DNA of 64,000 nt from positions 16,350,116-16,414,115 of the forward strand of contig OZ316894.1 of NCBI GenBank assembly GCA_973895155.1, written 5' to 3'. Below the pieces are notes generated by a model. The model worked only from the letters and a program-made list of their open reading frames with translations, made no database searches and was not told where the DNA came from. Each line of letters starts with the position of its first letter. The stretch's first letter is position 1. This DNA comes from Marsupella aquatica. Lineage: Eukaryota; Plantae; Marchantiophyta. Both the position numbers and the translations under genes were made by a program. Of this stretch, positions 62,598-64,000 are shown one piece after another.

Positions 62598-64000
62598 TCA
62601 TTTCACAATATATATCTTATCTTTGCTCACACAACTGTTATCATGTAAAGCATGGGTAATTTGAGCTATACTATAGTGAAGGAAAGAGAAAACTATGACT
62701 TATCCTTGTAGCTAAGTAAACAGGCCTGGATTGACCATCATCTTGGACAAAAGACTTGGATTGGCCCTTGCATCTTGAATGGGTCAGATCCCCATACTGC
62801 TATCTGTTTCAGATCGTATTTTCAAGAATAATTATTGATTTAGTTGAAAGTTCACACGTTGGCTTGGGGCCTCCAACTACCCCCTACTTTTGGCGGTTGA
62901 ATATGTTTGGGACTTGGGAGGGTATTAAATTCATAAAATATTGTGCAGAGCATATTGAGTGTATCAGGCGCATTGGACAGGAAGAGCGAGCAACCATTCA
63001 GCCATTTGTGATGATAAGTTGTGGTCATGGACCTACTGTAGTATTTTAAAAAATTGTTTAGTCCATCTGGATCCTCTGGTGGGGAAGCTTGGATGGATCT
63101 CCATCAAAGCCTTTGGATTTGAATGGGAATTCGAACCGATTTCAGAAAACTCTTTGCATGCAAGTCAAGTTTTTCACTCCAAATTTATATCGTCCTGGTT
63201 GAAAAACAAGCTTGGATGCTATCTTCATCCAAACTTTGAAGTTAAATGGGGGCCCAAAATTTACATTACATGAAAGTCCAGCTTTTTAAATTCTAAAATC
63301 ACATCATTTTAATGAAAATTTCCATGCAAGCTTAGGAATAGTGTCTGAGCATAAAGTTTGGGATGGAAATACCATAGAGATTTTAGTTCTAAAGTTCCCA
63401 TTGCACTTAGAGGCACTGTACACAGTTATCAGTAAATGCACTTATGGCATAGTGCAAACCCACTTTAAGTGCACACCAGATGCTTATTCCTGGGAGCGTG
63501 CTCTTGAGGGCAACTCTACAACATAACATGAACAAAGACACAGCTTCACTTACAGGATTACAGAGGTCTGGATATGGTTTAATAGGCTATAACATTAATT
63601 TTCATGTCTGATACTCACTATCTGTTCGTTGAATCTATTGATGGGAAAAACTCAAGAATAGGGGAAAACCTTACTATTTAAGTTCACCATTGACTTGTAG
63701 GAATTTATTGTTTTCTGCTTGCACCCCCACTTTTAGTTATGCCCAAGTGCCACCGGTAGAGGCATCACTCTGAACAGCAGGTCCTGAGAGTAGTTTTCGA
63801 TTGCCATTCTATAAGTATAGATTTCTGTCCCCCAAAAGGGTATTTCCAAGCACATGAGAATAGCAACCCGGGTTAGAAATGCCTACCCACCTTCCTTGTC
63901 CCTCTCATGCACATTCCACATTTACTCACTGATGACGTAGTGCAAAAGCATGTTAAGTGCACACTCTTGGGATCAGGTGAGCACTTAGAGAGAGACTACT

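Noticed and set aside
62690-63530. Short + strand ORFs, possible TE protein remnant
   Set aside because: No motif I can recognise; unassignable without a search.

Overview
Intron-rich eukaryotic nuclear DNA from a land plant. It is most likely a bryophyte-grade or other non-flowering lineage (inference: a spliced plastid peptidoglycan gene MurA, a flagellar TTLL9-type glutamylase remnant, and a nucleus-encoded plastid ribosomal protein with a transit peptide). Genes I could splice by hand: the 3' part of MurA, a MaoC/HTD2-type dehydratase, intronless NUP50, plastid RPL27, a 15-exon TRM4/NSUN2, RabH1 (Rab6) and VPS20. There is also a TTLL9-like pseudogene fragment and an unassigned His-rich ORF. 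Mobile DNA: a delimited 4.3-kb Ty1/copia element (TSD, PBS, PPT) that lacks gag and has TA..CA LTRs, solo-LTR, gag and LINE remnants, several MITE-like elements, a ~280-bp satellite, and many small tandem duplications. No CRISPR array or intact tRNA/rRNA gene was seen. I found no clearly novel multi-gene system. The best leads are the gag-less copia, the inverted duplication bracketing 8.5 kb, a palindrome array plus a branched double hairpin upstream of NUP50, the His-rich orphan, and a CCA-ending tRNA-like 3' half. All calls are by eye, with no database search.
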